Positions 9,042-20,313 are shown, counted from the stretch's first letter. The stretch is 64,000 nt of DNA from Tagaea sp. (GCA_965279525.1 CBDIIB010000004.1:704001-768000), one strand, 5' to 3'. The notes: generated by a model not told the origin, from the letters alone. A program made the numbers and translations.

Positions 9042-10220
9042 ATGCCGTCCGTACCGTCCGAAATGCCGCGCGGCCCCCTCGCCGGCATCGTCGTCCTCGA
9101 CATGTCGCGCATCCTTGCCGGCCCCTACTGCACGCTGCTGCTGGCCGAGCTGGGGGCACGCATCATCAAGGTCGAGGACCCGCGCGGCGGCGACGATTCG
9201 CGCGCGTACGGCCCGTTCATCGACGGCGAGTCCGTCTATTTCGCCGCCGTCAACCGCGGCAAGGAGAGCATCGGCCTCGACCTGAAGAAACCGGAGGACC
9301 GCGCGATCTTCGAGCAGCTTCTGGCGCGGTGCGACGTGCTCGTCGAGAATTTCCGCCCCGGTACCATGGACAAGCTCGGCTATGGCTGGGAAGCGCTGCA
9401 CGCGAAGTATCCGCGCCTCGTCTATTGCGCCGCGTCCGGCTTCGGCCACACCGGGCCATACAAGACCGCACCTGCCTACGACATGGTCGTGCAGGGGCTG
9501 GGCGGCATCATGAGCGTGACCGGCCACGAGGGCGCCCCCGTCGCGCGCATCGGCGTGTCGATCGGCGATCTGGGTGCGGGCCTCTATGCTGCCATCGGCG
9601 TGCAGTCGGCGCTGTTCCATCGCGAGCGCACCGGCGAGGCGACGTTCGTCGACATCGGCATGCTCGACTGCCAGCTCTCGCTGATGGAAAACCCGGCCGC
9701 GCGCTATCTCAACACCGGCAAGGTGCCGGGGCCGATGGGCGGGCGGCACGCGTCGATCACGCCGTTCGGCATCTTCCCCACTTCCGACCAGCAGATCATC
9801 ATCGCGGCGGGCAATGACGGCCTGTTCCGCAAGCTGTGCGCGGTGCTCGAAGCGCCCGCCCTGGCCGAGGACAAGCGATACCTGACGAACGGTTCGCGCA
9901 CCGAACACGTGCTGGCGCTGGAAGGCGAGATCGCCGACATCCTGCGCAAGAACACGGCCGCGAACTGGCTTGCCAAGCTCGACGCCGCCGGCATCCCGGC
10001 CGGCCCGATCAACGACGTGAAGGGCGCACTCGAGCATCCGCAGACGGCGGCCCGCCACATGGTCGTCGAGACGTCCACGCCGGGTGGCACGAAGCTCAAG
10101 GTGATCGGCAATCCGATCAAGATCTCGGGCTTTTCCGATCCACCGACGCGCGCCGCTGCCCCCGCACTCGGCCAGCACCGCGACGCGATCGTCGCCGAAC
10201 TTTCGAAGGAAATGAAATGA
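9042..10220 (+). CDS. CaiB/BaiF family (class III) CoA-transferase
   Basis: VLDMSRILAGPYCT, NRGKESIGLDLK, DVLVENFRPG, AYDMVVQ. Confidence 0.93.
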   Translation: MPSVPSEMPRGPLAGIVVLDMSRILAGPYCTLLLAELGARIIKVEDPRGGDDSRAYGPFIDGESVYFAAVNRGKESIGLDLKKPEDRAIFEQLLARCDVLVENFRPGTMDKLGYGWEALHAKYPRLVYCAASGFGHTGPYKTAPAYDMVVQGLGGIMSVTGHEGAPVARIGVSIGDLGAGLYAAIGVQSALFHRERTGEATFVDIGMLDCQLSLMENPAARYLNTGKVPGPMGGRHASITPFGIFPTSDQQIIIAAGNDGLFRKLCAVLEAPALAEDKRYLTNGSRTEHVLALEGEIADILRKNTAANWLAKLDAAGIPAGPINDVKGALEHPQTAARHMVVETSTPGGTKLKVIGNPIKISGFSDPPTRAAAPALGQHRDAIVAELSKEMK

Positions 10221-11701
10221 CCGGTCCCGTTCTCGACCCCCGCGCGCTCGCCAAGCGGCTCGAAGGCAAGCAGCTGATCGACGGCAGGCTCGTCGCGTCG
10301 AAATCGGGCGAGACCTTCGCCGTGAACTCGCCGGCGACCGGCGAGCTTGTCGCCAATGCCGCCGCCGGCAACGCGGCCGACGTCGATGCGGCCGTCCAGT
10401 CGGCAGCGGCGGCGCAAGTCGCGTGGGCCAAGGTGCCCGCCCGCCAGCGCGGCAAGCTGGTCGCCGATTGCGGCCGCCTGCTCGACGCGCACAAGGAAGA
10501 GCTTTCGCGCCTCGTGGCGCTGGAAACCGGCAAGGCGCTGCGCACCGAATCCCGCGTCGAGGCGGGCGTGCTCGCCGACGCGTTCAATTTCTATGGCGGT
10601 CTGGGGAGCGAACTGAAGGGCGAGACGGTCCCGTTCAATCCCGACATGCTGACGATGACGCTGCGCGAGCCGATCGGCGTGGTCGGCGCCATCATCCCGT
10701 GGAACGTGCCGATGATGCTGATGGCGCTGAAGATCGCGCCGGCCCTCGTCGCCGGCAACACGGTGGTCGTCAAGAGCGCCGAGGAAGCGCCGTTCGCGGT
10801 CCTGCGCATCTGCGAGCTGATGGCGACGATCCTGCCGCCGGGGGCGTTCAACATCCTGTCGGGCATGGGGCCGGAATGCGGCGGGCCGCTGGTGGCGCAC
10901 CCGAAGATCGGCAAGATCACCTTCACCGGCTCGGTCGAGACCGGCAAGATCATCTACCGCGCCGCCGCCGACAAGTTGATCCCCGTCACGCTGGAACTGG
11001 GCGGCAAGAGCCCGATGATCGTGCTCGACGACGCCGATCTCGACCGTGCGGTCGCCGGTGCGGTTTCCGGCATGCGCTTCACCCGGCAGGGGCAGAGTTG
11101 TACTGCGGCCAGCCGCATGTACGTGCAGGCGAAGATCCACGACCGGTTCGTCGCGGCGCTGAAGGCCAAGGTCGACGCGATGAAGATGGGCGATCCGCTC
11201 GACGAGGCGACCGACATCGGCACCATCGTGTCGCGCCAGCAATACGACAAGGTCAATTCCTATATCGCGATCGGCAAGAAGGAAGGCGGCACCGCGCACG
11301 AATGCTCGGCGATGCCGGCGGATGCCGCGCTTGCCAAGGGACTTTATGTGCGCCCGGTCATCTTCACCGGCCTGCCGAAGGATTCGAAGGTCGTGCGCGA
11401 GGAGATCTTCGGGCCCGTCACGGCCGTCGTGAAGTTCGACACGTTCGAGGAAGCGCTCGCCGCCGCCAACGACAGCGAGTACGGCCTTGCCGCGACGATC
11501 TGGACGAAGGACCTGAAGACCGCACTCGATGGCGCGCGGCGCCTGCAGGCGGGCTTCGTGCAGGTGAACCAGAACCTCGTCGTGCAGCCGGGGCTTTCCT
11601 ACGGCGGCGTGAAGACCTCCGGTCTCGGCAAGGAGGCCACGCTCGAGGCGATGCTCGAGCACTTCACGACCAAGAAGACCGTCATCGTCAACATGACGTG
11701 A
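10217..11701 (+). CDS. NAD-dependent aldehyde dehydrogenase
   Basis: IIPWNVP, FTGSVETG, LELGGKSP, GQSCTA catalytic Cys, EEIFGPV; ATGA-coupled to the CoA-transferase. Confidence 0.95.
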   Translation: MTGPVLDPRALAKRLEGKQLIDGRLVASKSGETFAVNSPATGELVANAAAGNAADVDAAVQSAAAAQVAWAKVPARQRGKLVADCGRLLDAHKEELSRLVALETGKALRTESRVEAGVLADAFNFYGGLGSELKGETVPFNPDMLTMTLREPIGVVGAIIPWNVPMMLMALKIAPALVAGNTVVVKSAEEAPFAVLRICELMATILPPGAFNILSGMGPECGGPLVAHPKIGKITFTGSVETGKIIYRAAADKLIPVTLELGGKSPMIVLDDADLDRAVAGAVSGMRFTRQGQSCTAASRMYVQAKIHDRFVAALKAKVDAMKMGDPLDEATDIGTIVSRQQYDKVNSYIAIGKKEGGTAHECSAMPADAALAKGLYVRPVIFTGLPKDSKVVREEIFGPVTAVVKFDTFEEALAAANDSEYGLAATIWTKDLKTALDGARRLQAGFVQVNQNLVVQPGLSYGGVKTSGLGKEATLEAMLEHFTTKKTVIVNMT

Positions 11702-11706
11702 GCGCG

Positions 11707-14076
11707 ATGAAGGCCTGGCGCTGGATCGGCGGCATCTTCGCAGGGCTTCTGCTGCTGGCCGTCGTCGTCGCTTGTGCGGGCTTCCTGTACTTGCGCACCG
11801 GCCTGCCGCAGACCGAAGGCACGCTGCGCGCCGCCGGCCTCGAAGCGCCGGTCGAGATCGTGCGCGACGGCTTCGGCATTCCGCATGTGTGGGCCGCGAA
11901 CGAGCGTGACCTGTGGTTCACGCTCGGGTTCCTGCATGCGCAGGACCGCCTCGTGCAGCTCGAATTCACGCGCCTGATCGGACAGGGCCGGCTAGCCGAG
12001 GCGATCGGGCCGCGCGCCCTTGCGCTCGACAAGTTCAACCGCGTGCTCGGCCTGCCGCACGAAGCGCGCCGCGCCTACGCGATCGCCGATGCCGACACGC
12101 GCGCACAGGCCGATGCCTATGCCGCCGGCGCCAACGCCAGCCTTGCCGCGCGCGGCGGTGCGTGGCCGGTCGAGTTCCTGTGGCTCGGCCACCGGCCGGA
12201 GCGCTGGGAAGGCTGGCACACGCTGCTGTGGGGTCAGCTGATGGGCCTCACGCTGAACGCCGGCTGGCGCGATGCGCTGTTGCGCGCGCGCCTGGGCGAG
12301 CGGCTCACACCCGACCTGTTCGAAACCCTCTGGCCGCGCGACGACGGTGCCAACGCCGCCGTCGCCTTCGATCCCGCCGACCGCCGGACGGCGGATCTGG
12401 CCGCCGCCCTTCTCGACACGCTGCCCGCCCCGCTGGGCCCCGCCACCGCCTCCAACGAATGGGTCGTCGCCGGCAGCCGCACGGCGAGCGGCAAGCCGAT
12501 CCTCGCCAACGACCCGCATCTCAATCTGGGTGCGCCCGGCGTCTGGTATCTGGTGCGGCTCGAAGCGCCCGGAATCGTCTATGCCGGTGCGACGGCACCG
12601 GGCGCACCGGCCCTCGTCCTCGGGCGCAACGCGCATGTCGCGTGGGGCTTCACGACGACGAATGCGGACGCGGCCGACCTGTTCGTCGAGCGCGTCGATC
12701 CGGCCGATCCGGCGCGCTATCTGATCCCCGGCGGCTCGCGCGCGTTCGAGACGCGCGAGGAAGTGATCCAGATAAACGGGCAGCGCCCGGAAACCCTCGT
12801 CGTGCGGCGCACGCGCCACGGAGCCGTCATCTCCGACATCGATCCGGCCGCGCGTGCGGCCGCCGGCGACGGGCACGCGATGGCGCTTGCCCTGCCCTTC
12901 ATGTTCGCCCCCGACCGCACGGCGCAGGCACTGATGCGGCTCAACAGGGCGCGCGACGCGAAGGAAGCGGTCGCCGCCACGCGCGACTGGCTCGGCCCCG
13001 TGCAGAACATGGTCTATGCCGACACCGCCGGCACGATCGGCCTGCGCACGGTGGGCGCCGTGCCGATGCGCGCGAGTGCGGCATCGCCCGTCCCCTATCG
13101 CGGCTGGCTGCGCGAGGTCGGCTGGACCGGCTTCGTGCCGTTCGACGAAATGCCCGCCAGCGAAAACCCGCCGGCCGGCTTCGCGTCGAACGCCAACGAC
13201 CGTGTGGTGGGGGCCGGCTGGCCGCACCATCTGTCGTTCGGCTTCGATCCCCCGTACCGCCAGCGGCGCATCGTCGAGATGCTGGGCACGCGCGACGGCC
13301 AGGACACGGCCTTCCACGAGGCGATGCTGGCCGACGCGCATTCGGTCTTCGCGCGCGAGACGATCGCGGCGGCGGCAACGCTGGCACCGGCCGACCCGCG
13401 CGCGCGCGCGGAACTCGAGCGGCTGCGCGCCTGGGACGGGCGCATGGACCGGGCGCGCGGCGAGCCGCTGGTCTTCGCCGTGTGGATGCGCGAACTCACG
13501 CGCCGCACGCTCGAGGTCGCCGTCGGCGATTTCGCCGAGACGATGACGCGCGAGCGCCCGCGTCTGGTGCTCGATGTGCTGGCCGGCCGTTCGCCGTGGT
13601 GCGGCGGCACGGGCGAAGGGGCATGCGCACGCGCGGCCGAAGCGGCACTTGTCGCGGCCGTCGACTGGATCGCCGCACGCCACGGGCGCGATCCGGCCGG
13701 CTGGCGCTGGGGGGCCGAACATCAGGCACCGTTCGAGAACGCGGTCTTCGCGCGCATCCCGCTGCTGGGCGCGCTGCTTGGCGTGGACGTGCCGACGCAC
13801 GGCGACTACTACACCGTCAATCGCGGCGGCGTGCGCCTGTCCGATCCGCTGCGGCCCTTCGCGCACACGCACGGGGCCGGCTATCGCGCGGTCTACGACC
13901 TTGCCGATCTCGACGCCTCGCTGTTCATCGTTGCTCCCGGTCAATCAGGCGATCCGCTTTCGGCACACTGGCGCGACCTTGCCGGACACTGGGCCGACGG
14001 CCGGCATGTGCGCCTTGCCCGTTCGCGCGTCGAACTTGGCGAGGATTCGCGGCGGCTGCGCCTGCTGCCGCCATAA
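11707..14076 (+). CDS. penicillin acylase family (peptidase S45) Ntn-hydrolase
   Basis: RDGFGIPHV, HAQDRL, autoprocessing ASNEWVV...KPILANDPHL, PGQSG; N-terminal TM or signal segment; an alternative GTG start at 11698 is possible. Confidence 0.92.
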   Translation: MKAWRWIGGIFAGLLLLAVVVACAGFLYLRTGLPQTEGTLRAAGLEAPVEIVRDGFGIPHVWAANERDLWFTLGFLHAQDRLVQLEFTRLIGQGRLAEAIGPRALALDKFNRVLGLPHEARRAYAIADADTRAQADAYAAGANASLAARGGAWPVEFLWLGHRPERWEGWHTLLWGQLMGLTLNAGWRDALLRARLGERLTPDLFETLWPRDDGANAAVAFDPADRRTADLAAALLDTLPAPLGPATASNEWVVAGSRTASGKPILANDPHLNLGAPGVWYLVRLEAPGIVYAGATAPGAPALVLGRNAHVAWGFTTTNADAADLFVERVDPADPARYLIPGGSRAFETREEVIQINGQRPETLVVRRTRHGAVISDIDPAARAAAGDGHAMALALPFMFAPDRTAQALMRLNRARDAKEAVAATRDWLGPVQNMVYADTAGTIGLRTVGAVPMRASAASPVPYRGWLREVGWTGFVPFDEMPASENPPAGFASNANDRVVGAGWPHHLSFGFDPPYRQRRIVEMLGTRDGQDTAFHEAMLADAHSVFARETIAAAATLAPADPRARAELERLRAWDGRMDRARGEPLVFAVWMRELTRRTLEVAVGDFAETMTRERPRLVLDVLAGRSPWCGGTGEGACARAAEAALVAAVDWIAARHGRDPAGWRWGAEHQAPFENAVFARIPLLGALLGVDVPTHGDYYTVNRGGVRLSDPLRPFAHTHGAGYRAVYDLADLDASLFIVAPGQSGDPLSAHWRDLAGHWADGRHVRLARSRVELGEDSRRLRLLPP

Positions 14077-14109
14077 AATATCCATTGTTCATAGTGGCTT
14101 GGGCGACAA

Positions 14110-14125
14110 TTAACGGGTCGTCAAC
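14110..14125 (+). promoter_or_regulatory. CtrA box-like TTAA-N7-TCAAC upstream of motB
   Basis: TTAAcgggtcgTCAAC, one mismatch to TTAA-N7-TTAAC, in an AT-rich intergenic region. Confidence 0.6.
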
Positions 14126-14259
14126 GAACTTGGGATAGTTTTTAATCGAATTTTAGCGGGTCGGGTCCGCCGGTTGTTCTCGCAGCGCACCAAGCGCATA
14201 TTCCTTGCGCGCGGGCGGAACGGGAATCGACGCGGGACGGCGCAGCTTCGGAAAGTCGA

Positions 14260-15339
14260 ATGGCCGACGAGAGCAATCATCCAGTCATCATCGTCAAGCG
14301 CCACAAGAAGGGCCATGACGGCGCGCATGGCGGCGGCTGGAAGGTGGCCTATGCCGACTTCGTGACCGCGATGATGGCGTTCTTCCTGCTGCTCTGGCTG
14401 CTCAACGCGACCGACCAGGAAAAGCGCCAGGGCATCGCGCAGTACTTCACTGCCTTCGATGCCGTGTCGCGCTCCACCTCGGGTGCCGGCGGCGTGCTCG
14501 GCGGCGTCACACTCGGCCCCGGCGATCTTCCCAACATGACCGGCGGCATCGTCGTGGGCGTGCCGCTCGCCCCCACCGGCGAGGAACGCGACACCGAAGG
14601 CCCCGACTTCGCCGAAAAGCAGTCGCAGGCAGCGAGCGAAGACAGCGAGAACCCGCAGCCCAACGCGCGCGGCGCATCGGGCGTGGGTCCCGGCCCGTCG
14701 GGCACCGCCCCATCCGGCGAGCGCCGTCCCGGCGACCGGCCGCAGGGTGCGCTCTTCACCGGCACGCAGAGCGAGGGCAACCAGGAAGGCGGCAACGGCG
14801 TCGTCGTCCGGCAGAGTGCGGTCCAGCGGCAGATGATCGCCGAGATGGGCAAGCGCGAGGAGCAGAGCTTCGAGCGCGCCGAATCCGACCTGCGCCAGGC
14901 CATCCAGGATGTGCCGGAACTGAAGCCGCTCGCGCAGAACCTGCTCGTCGACCGTACGCCGGAGGGCCTTCGCATCCAGCTCGTCGACCAGGAACGCTAT
15001 TCGATGTTCGCGTCGGGCTCCTCGTCGCCGGCCGAAGCCACGCGCAAGCTGCTCGCGACGGTCGCCAAGATCGTCCAGAACCTGCCCAACTCGGTCGCCA
15101 TCGCCGGGCACACCGATGCCGTCCCCTTCCCGCGCGGCGCCCAGTACACGAACTGGGAACTGTCGAGCGACCGCGCGAACGCGGCACGCCGCTCGATGAT
15201 CGAGGCGGGCCTGCCCCAGGCGCGCATCGCGCGCGTGGTCGGGCGCGCCGATACCGAGCCGCTGATCGCCGACAATCCCAACGATCCGCGCAACCGGCGG
15301 ATCTCGATCATCCTGCTGCGCGACATTCCGGCGACTTGA
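14260..15339 (+). CDS. motB: flagellar motor stator protein MotB
   Basis: WKVAYADFVTAMMAFFLLLWL TM motif; OmpA-like domain GHTD...NWELSSDRANAAR...NRRISI. Confidence 0.95.
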   Translation: MADESNHPVIIVKRHKKGHDGAHGGGWKVAYADFVTAMMAFFLLLWLLNATDQEKRQGIAQYFTAFDAVSRSTSGAGGVLGGVTLGPGDLPNMTGGIVVGVPLAPTGEERDTEGPDFAEKQSQAASEDSENPQPNARGASGVGPGPSGTAPSGERRPGDRPQGALFTGTQSEGNQEGGNGVVVRQSAVQRQMIAEMGKREEQSFERAESDLRQAIQDVPELKPLAQNLLVDRTPEGLRIQLVDQERYSMFASGSSSPAEATRKLLATVAKIVQNLPNSVAIAGHTDAVPFPRGAQYTNWELSSDRANAARRSMIEAGLPQARIARVVGRADTEPLIADNPNDPRNRRISIILLRDIPAT

Positions 15340-15350
15340 CGCGCCCAAGG

Positions 15351-16898
15351 ATGTCGGATTTCCGGCTCGGGCCCTCCCGCCGTACGCTTCTGATCGGTGC
15401 CGCTGCGGCACTTGCCGGCTGTGCGGCCCCCGCCACGCTTCGCAATTCCGTCACGACAGGTGCCGATCCGTTCGCGTTGGGCGTGGCATCCGGCGATCCA
15501 TGGCCCGACGGCTTCGTCCTGTGGACGCGCCTGGCGCCCGAGCCGCTGGCCCCGCGCGGCGGCATGCCGGGCAATCCGGTCGAGGTCGCCTGGGAACTGG
15601 CGCGCGATCCGAAATTCGCCGCGATCGAACGGCACGGAAGCATCGCCGCCACCGCCGGCGGGGCGCACAGCGTGCATGTCGAACTCGCCGGTCTCCAGCC
15701 GGGGCGCGACTACTGGTACCGCTTCCACGCGAACGGCCACACGAGCGCCACCGGCCGCGCGCGTACCGCTCCGGCACCCGGCACGCTGCCGGCACGGCTG
15801 CGTTTCGTGACGTGCGGGTGCAATCATTACGAACACGGCTATTTCACCGCCTACCGCCACATCGCCGAGGAAGCGCCGGACTTCGCCTTCCACTACGGCG
15901 ACTATATCTACGAGAGCGGCACCTATCGCGGCAACGAACCGCGTACGCGCCTGCACACCGGCGGCGTGTGCCGCACGCTCGACGATTACCGGCAACGCTA
16001 CGCGCTCTACAAATCGGATCCGGACCTTCAGGCGGCACATGCTGCCGTGCCCTTCGTGCTGTCGTTCGACGACCACGAGGTCTCCAACAACTGGTCGGCG
16101 ACGTTCAGCAACAGCAGCCCCGATCCGGCAGCCCTTCTCGCACGGCGCAATGCCGGCCTGCAGGCATGGTACGAACATCAGCCGCTGCGCGCGATCCAGC
16201 GCCCGACGGCCGCGGGCGTGAACATGTATCGCAGCCTTGCCTTCGGCGATCTGGCACAGCTCACCGTCCTCGATACGCGCCAGTACCGCTCGCGCCAGCC
16301 CTGCGGCGACACGATCAAGCCGGTCTGCGCCGAAATGGACGCGCCCGGCGCGCACATGCTGGGGCAGGCACAGGAAGCCTGGCTCGCCGGACGCCTCACC
16401 GGTGCCCGCACGCGCTGGAACCTGATCGGCCAGCAGGTCGCGATGATGCGCATCGATCTGGGCAACCGGCACTACAACATGGACAGCTGGGCCGGCTACA
16501 CGGCCGCGCGCGGCCGCGTGCACGACATGCTTGCACGCCTTCGTCCGTCGAACCCGGTCGTGCTGACCGGCGACTGGCACAAGAACTGGGTCGGCGAGTT
16601 GAAGGCAAACTACGACGATCCGGGCTCGGCCACGCTGGCGCCGGAGTTCCTCGCCACCTCGATCAGTTCGGACGGAGACCCCGTCCCCGATGCCGCACGG
16701 CGCGCGCGCGTCCTGCCGGCCAATCCGCATATCAGCCACTACAGCGATCAGCGTGGCTACATGTCGTTCGCGATGACGGCCCAGCGTCTAGATGTCGAAC
16801 TGCGCAGCGTGGCGTCGGTGACGCGGCCCGATGCACCGGTCCGCACGGCCGCCCGCTTCGCGGTCGAAGCCGGCAGCCCGCGCGTCCACGAGGGCTGA
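15351..16898 (+). CDS. phoD: alkaline phosphatase D family, Tat-exported
   Basis: SRRTLL twin-arginine signal; FALGVASGDP, GDYIYE, DDHEVSNN, LDTRQYR, LTGDWH. Confidence 0.92.
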   Translation: MSDFRLGPSRRTLLIGAAAALAGCAAPATLRNSVTTGADPFALGVASGDPWPDGFVLWTRLAPEPLAPRGGMPGNPVEVAWELARDPKFAAIERHGSIAATAGGAHSVHVELAGLQPGRDYWYRFHANGHTSATGRARTAPAPGTLPARLRFVTCGCNHYEHGYFTAYRHIAEEAPDFAFHYGDYIYESGTYRGNEPRTRLHTGGVCRTLDDYRQRYALYKSDPDLQAAHAAVPFVLSFDDHEVSNNWSATFSNSSPDPAALLARRNAGLQAWYEHQPLRAIQRPTAAGVNMYRSLAFGDLAQLTVLDTRQYRSRQPCGDTIKPVCAEMDAPGAHMLGQAQEAWLAGRLTGARTRWNLIGQQVAMMRIDLGNRHYNMDSWAGYTAARGRVHDMLARLRPSNPVVLTGDWHKNWVGELKANYDDPGSATLAPEFLATSISSDGDPVPDAARRARVLPANPHISHYSDQRGYMSFAMTAQRLDVELRSVASVTRPDAPVRTAARFAVEAGSPRVHEG

Positions 16899-16904
16899 GC
16901 CCGG

Positions 16905-17528
16905 CTATTCCGGCATCGCCGCCTTGAGTTTCGGGACCGCGTCTTTCATCGCCAGCAGCACGTCGGGATCGAACATCGACGGGGACATGCGCTCGTCGCC
17001 CGTCGTCATCAGCGAGATCACGGCATCGTGGGACATGGCGGGCTTGTACGAGCGGCGCTCCCACAGGGCCGCATAGACGTCGCCCACCGTCGCGATGCGG
17101 GCGGGCAGGCTGATCGTCGCACCGGCGAGCCTCTCGGGGTAGCCGGTCCCGTCGAAGCGCTCGTGGTGGTGCAGCGCCACGTCCTCGACATAGGCCAGCA
17201 TCGGCGTGGCGCCAAGCTGGCGCAGCCTATCGCGGCCGTAGATCGAGTGACGCTCGACCAGCACGCGCTCTTCCGGCGTCAGCCGGCGCGGCGCGTAGAG
17301 GATGTCGGGCGGGATATCGAGCTTGCCGATATCGTGGAACTGAGCGGCCAGCTGCATCTTCAGGATGTCGGCCTCGTCGAACGCGAATTCGCGCGCGAGC
17401 AGCGAGGCGACCGTCGCGACATGGGTGGAGTGGGTGTGCAGTGCTGGATCGCGCTCGACCTGCTCGCTCCACAGCTTCGCGACCCAACCCTCGTCGGGTT
17501 CGGGCAGCCGCACTTGCGTGCTTGCCAT
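16905..17528 (-). CDS. stand-alone HD-GYP domain protein (putative c-di-GMP phosphodiesterase)
   Basis: HDIGK, HHHERFDGTGYP and RxSYK motifs. Confidence 0.9.
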   Translation of the reverse strand: MASTQVRLPEPDEGWVAKLWSEQVERDPALHTHSTHVATVASLLAREFAFDEADILKMQLAAQFHDIGKLDIPPDILYAPRRLTPEERVLVERHSIYGRDRLRQLGATPMLAYVEDVALHHHERFDGTGYPERLAGATISLPARIATVGDVYAALWERRSYKPAMSHDAVISLMTTGDERMSPSMFDPDVLLAMKDAVPKLKAAMPE

Positions 17529-17701
17529 GTCGGCCTCCCTGATGGTTCCCCTGGAGTATTTATTAAATTGATTAATTATTAGGGAACTTCAACCACTCGT
17601 CGAAAGTTGAACATGGCATTCCGGCCGCCGTCAAGGCAGCGGGAGTCGCTTGCGGGCATCCGAAAGCTCCCATAGGCTTCAAATTGAATTCGGGAGGCGA
17701 A

Positions 17702-18190
17702 GTGAACGAGGTGGCAAGCCAACCGTCCGTCGATGCGACGTGGACCGAAATCTCGGATCCGAGGCGGTTGGCCGGCCTGCGCCGCCGCCGGACTTTCGGC
17801 TGGGTGCTCGATGTCGCGATCTGTTTCGGGCTGACCAGTGCCGCCGCCATCCCCGCGACCTTCCTTGGCCTGCTGAGCTTCGGCATCCTGTGGGCGCCGG
17901 CCTGGTTCCTGGTCGGGCTGATCCCGCTTCTCTACAACGCGATCCTGATTTCCGGGTCCGGTCGTTCGACCTGGGGCCAGCGGCTTGCGGGCGTGCGCAT
18001 CGAAACACCGGACGGCAACGCCGCCGGGTTCCTCCAGGCTGGCGTCCATTTCATCCTGTTCTATCTGGGCCTCGCCTTCACCGGCGGCCTGATCGTGCTG
18101 TGGAGCTTCTTCAATCCGCGCAAGGCGCTGGTCCACGACATCCTTGCCGGCCTTGAAGCGCGGCGCGCGGCACCGGCAGGTGGCGCATGA
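17702..18190 (+). CDS. RDD family membrane protein
   Basis: RRTFGWVLD, TWGQRLAGVRI, KALVHDILAG; GGGAGG RBS before GTG 17702. Confidence 0.88.
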   Translation: MNEVASQPSVDATWTEISDPRRLAGLRRRRTFGWVLDVAICFGLTSAAAIPATFLGLLSFGILWAPAWFLVGLIPLLYNAILISGSGRSTWGQRLAGVRIETPDGNAAGFLQAGVHFILFYLGLAFTGGLIVLWSFFNPRKALVHDILAGLEARRAAPAGGA

Positions 18191-18969
18191 CGGCGCAAGG
18201 CAGCAGCACCGCACGCTTCTATTATTCGATGCCGTCGCCCTGCCCCTATATCGAAGGGCGGATGGAGCGGCGCATTTTCGTCGATCTCACGGGGCCGCAG
18301 GCGGTGTTGTCTTACGACCTGCTTTCCGAAGCGGGTTTCCGCCGCTCGCTGGGTTTCGCCTATCGCCCGGCGTGCCCCGGCTGCAACGCCTGCGTTGCCG
18401 TGCGCATCCCGGTCGAGCGGTTCGAGCTGACCCGCCAGTGGCGCCGCGTGCTGGCACGCAATGCCGACCTTGCCGGCGAGTTCCGCCCCGCGATCGCGAC
18501 CGCCGAGCAATATGCGCTGTTCTCGCGCTACCAGGTCGGACGCCACCGCGACGGCGAGATGGCGCGCATGGATTTCGAGGATTACCGGACGATGATCGAG
18601 GTCGGCGCCATAGCCTCGAACGTGCTGGAGATCCGCGACCGGCACGGCAACCTGATGGGGGCCTGCCTGATCGACCGGATGGGGCATGGCTACTCGGCCG
18701 TCTATTCGTTCTACGAGCCGGAGGCGCCGACGCGGTCGCTGGGCAGTTACCTGATCCTGTGGCTTGTCGAGGAGGCCCGCCGGGCCGGCCTCGATCACGT
18801 CTATCTGGGCTACTGGATCCACCAGAGCGAGAAGATGTCCTACAAGGTCCGCTTCCAGCCGCTTGAGGCGCTGACCCGCGAAGGCTGGCATCCGATCGAC
18901 CAGAGCGGGGTCGCAAGACGGGCATGGCCGCTCCCGCGGACCGGGAACAGGGTTACCGCAAGCGACTGA
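18187..18969 (+). CDS. bpt: arginyltransferase / Asp-Glu leucyltransferase (ATE/Bpt family)
   Basis: PCPYIEGRMER, GFRRS, YRPACPGCNAC, SAVYSFYEP, YLGYWI...KMSYKVRFQP. Confidence 0.92.
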   Translation: MTAQGSSTARFYYSMPSPCPYIEGRMERRIFVDLTGPQAVLSYDLLSEAGFRRSLGFAYRPACPGCNACVAVRIPVERFELTRQWRRVLARNADLAGEFRPAIATAEQYALFSRYQVGRHRDGEMARMDFEDYRTMIEVGAIASNVLEIRDRHGNLMGACLIDRMGHGYSAVYSFYEPEAPTRSLGSYLILWLVEEARRAGLDHVYLGYWIHQSEKMSYKVRFQPLEALTREGWHPIDQSGVARRAWPLPRTGNRVTASD

Positions 18970-19159
18970 TATATTTCCGGCTTTTGCCCAATTTTCAGGC
19001 CGCGGTACCGGCATTCCGCTGTGGCGGGCGCAAACAGGCCATGGTACTTTTCGCCATTCGCGTGGGTTGTGTTCGCTGTCGTTCCATACGCTGGCGAAGG
19101 CAGGTCGTGCGTGGATCAAGCAACGCAATTCTGACGAACAGAAAACAGGGAGACAGGGA

Positions 19160-20251
<1,092 letters not shown>

Positions 20252-20277
20252 TCGCCGCCTGAGGCGTTCAAAAGCGG

Positions 20278-20313
20278 ACGCCCGCCCGGGAAACCGGGCG
20301 GGCGTTTTCTTTT
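20278..20313 (+). terminator. intrinsic terminator (probably bidirectional) between dctP and dctM
   Basis: ACGCCCGCCCGG-GAAA-CCGGGCGGGCGT followed by TTTCTTTT. Confidence 0.85.

Noticed and set aside
10423-11706. N-terminal extension making a 1217-aa acylase fusion
   Set aside because: Out-of-frame overlap with the ALDH gene; the acylase begins at 11698 or 11707
17557-17581. CtrA box upstream of the HD-GYP gene
   Set aside because: TTAA half-sites are spaced by 5 nt, not 7
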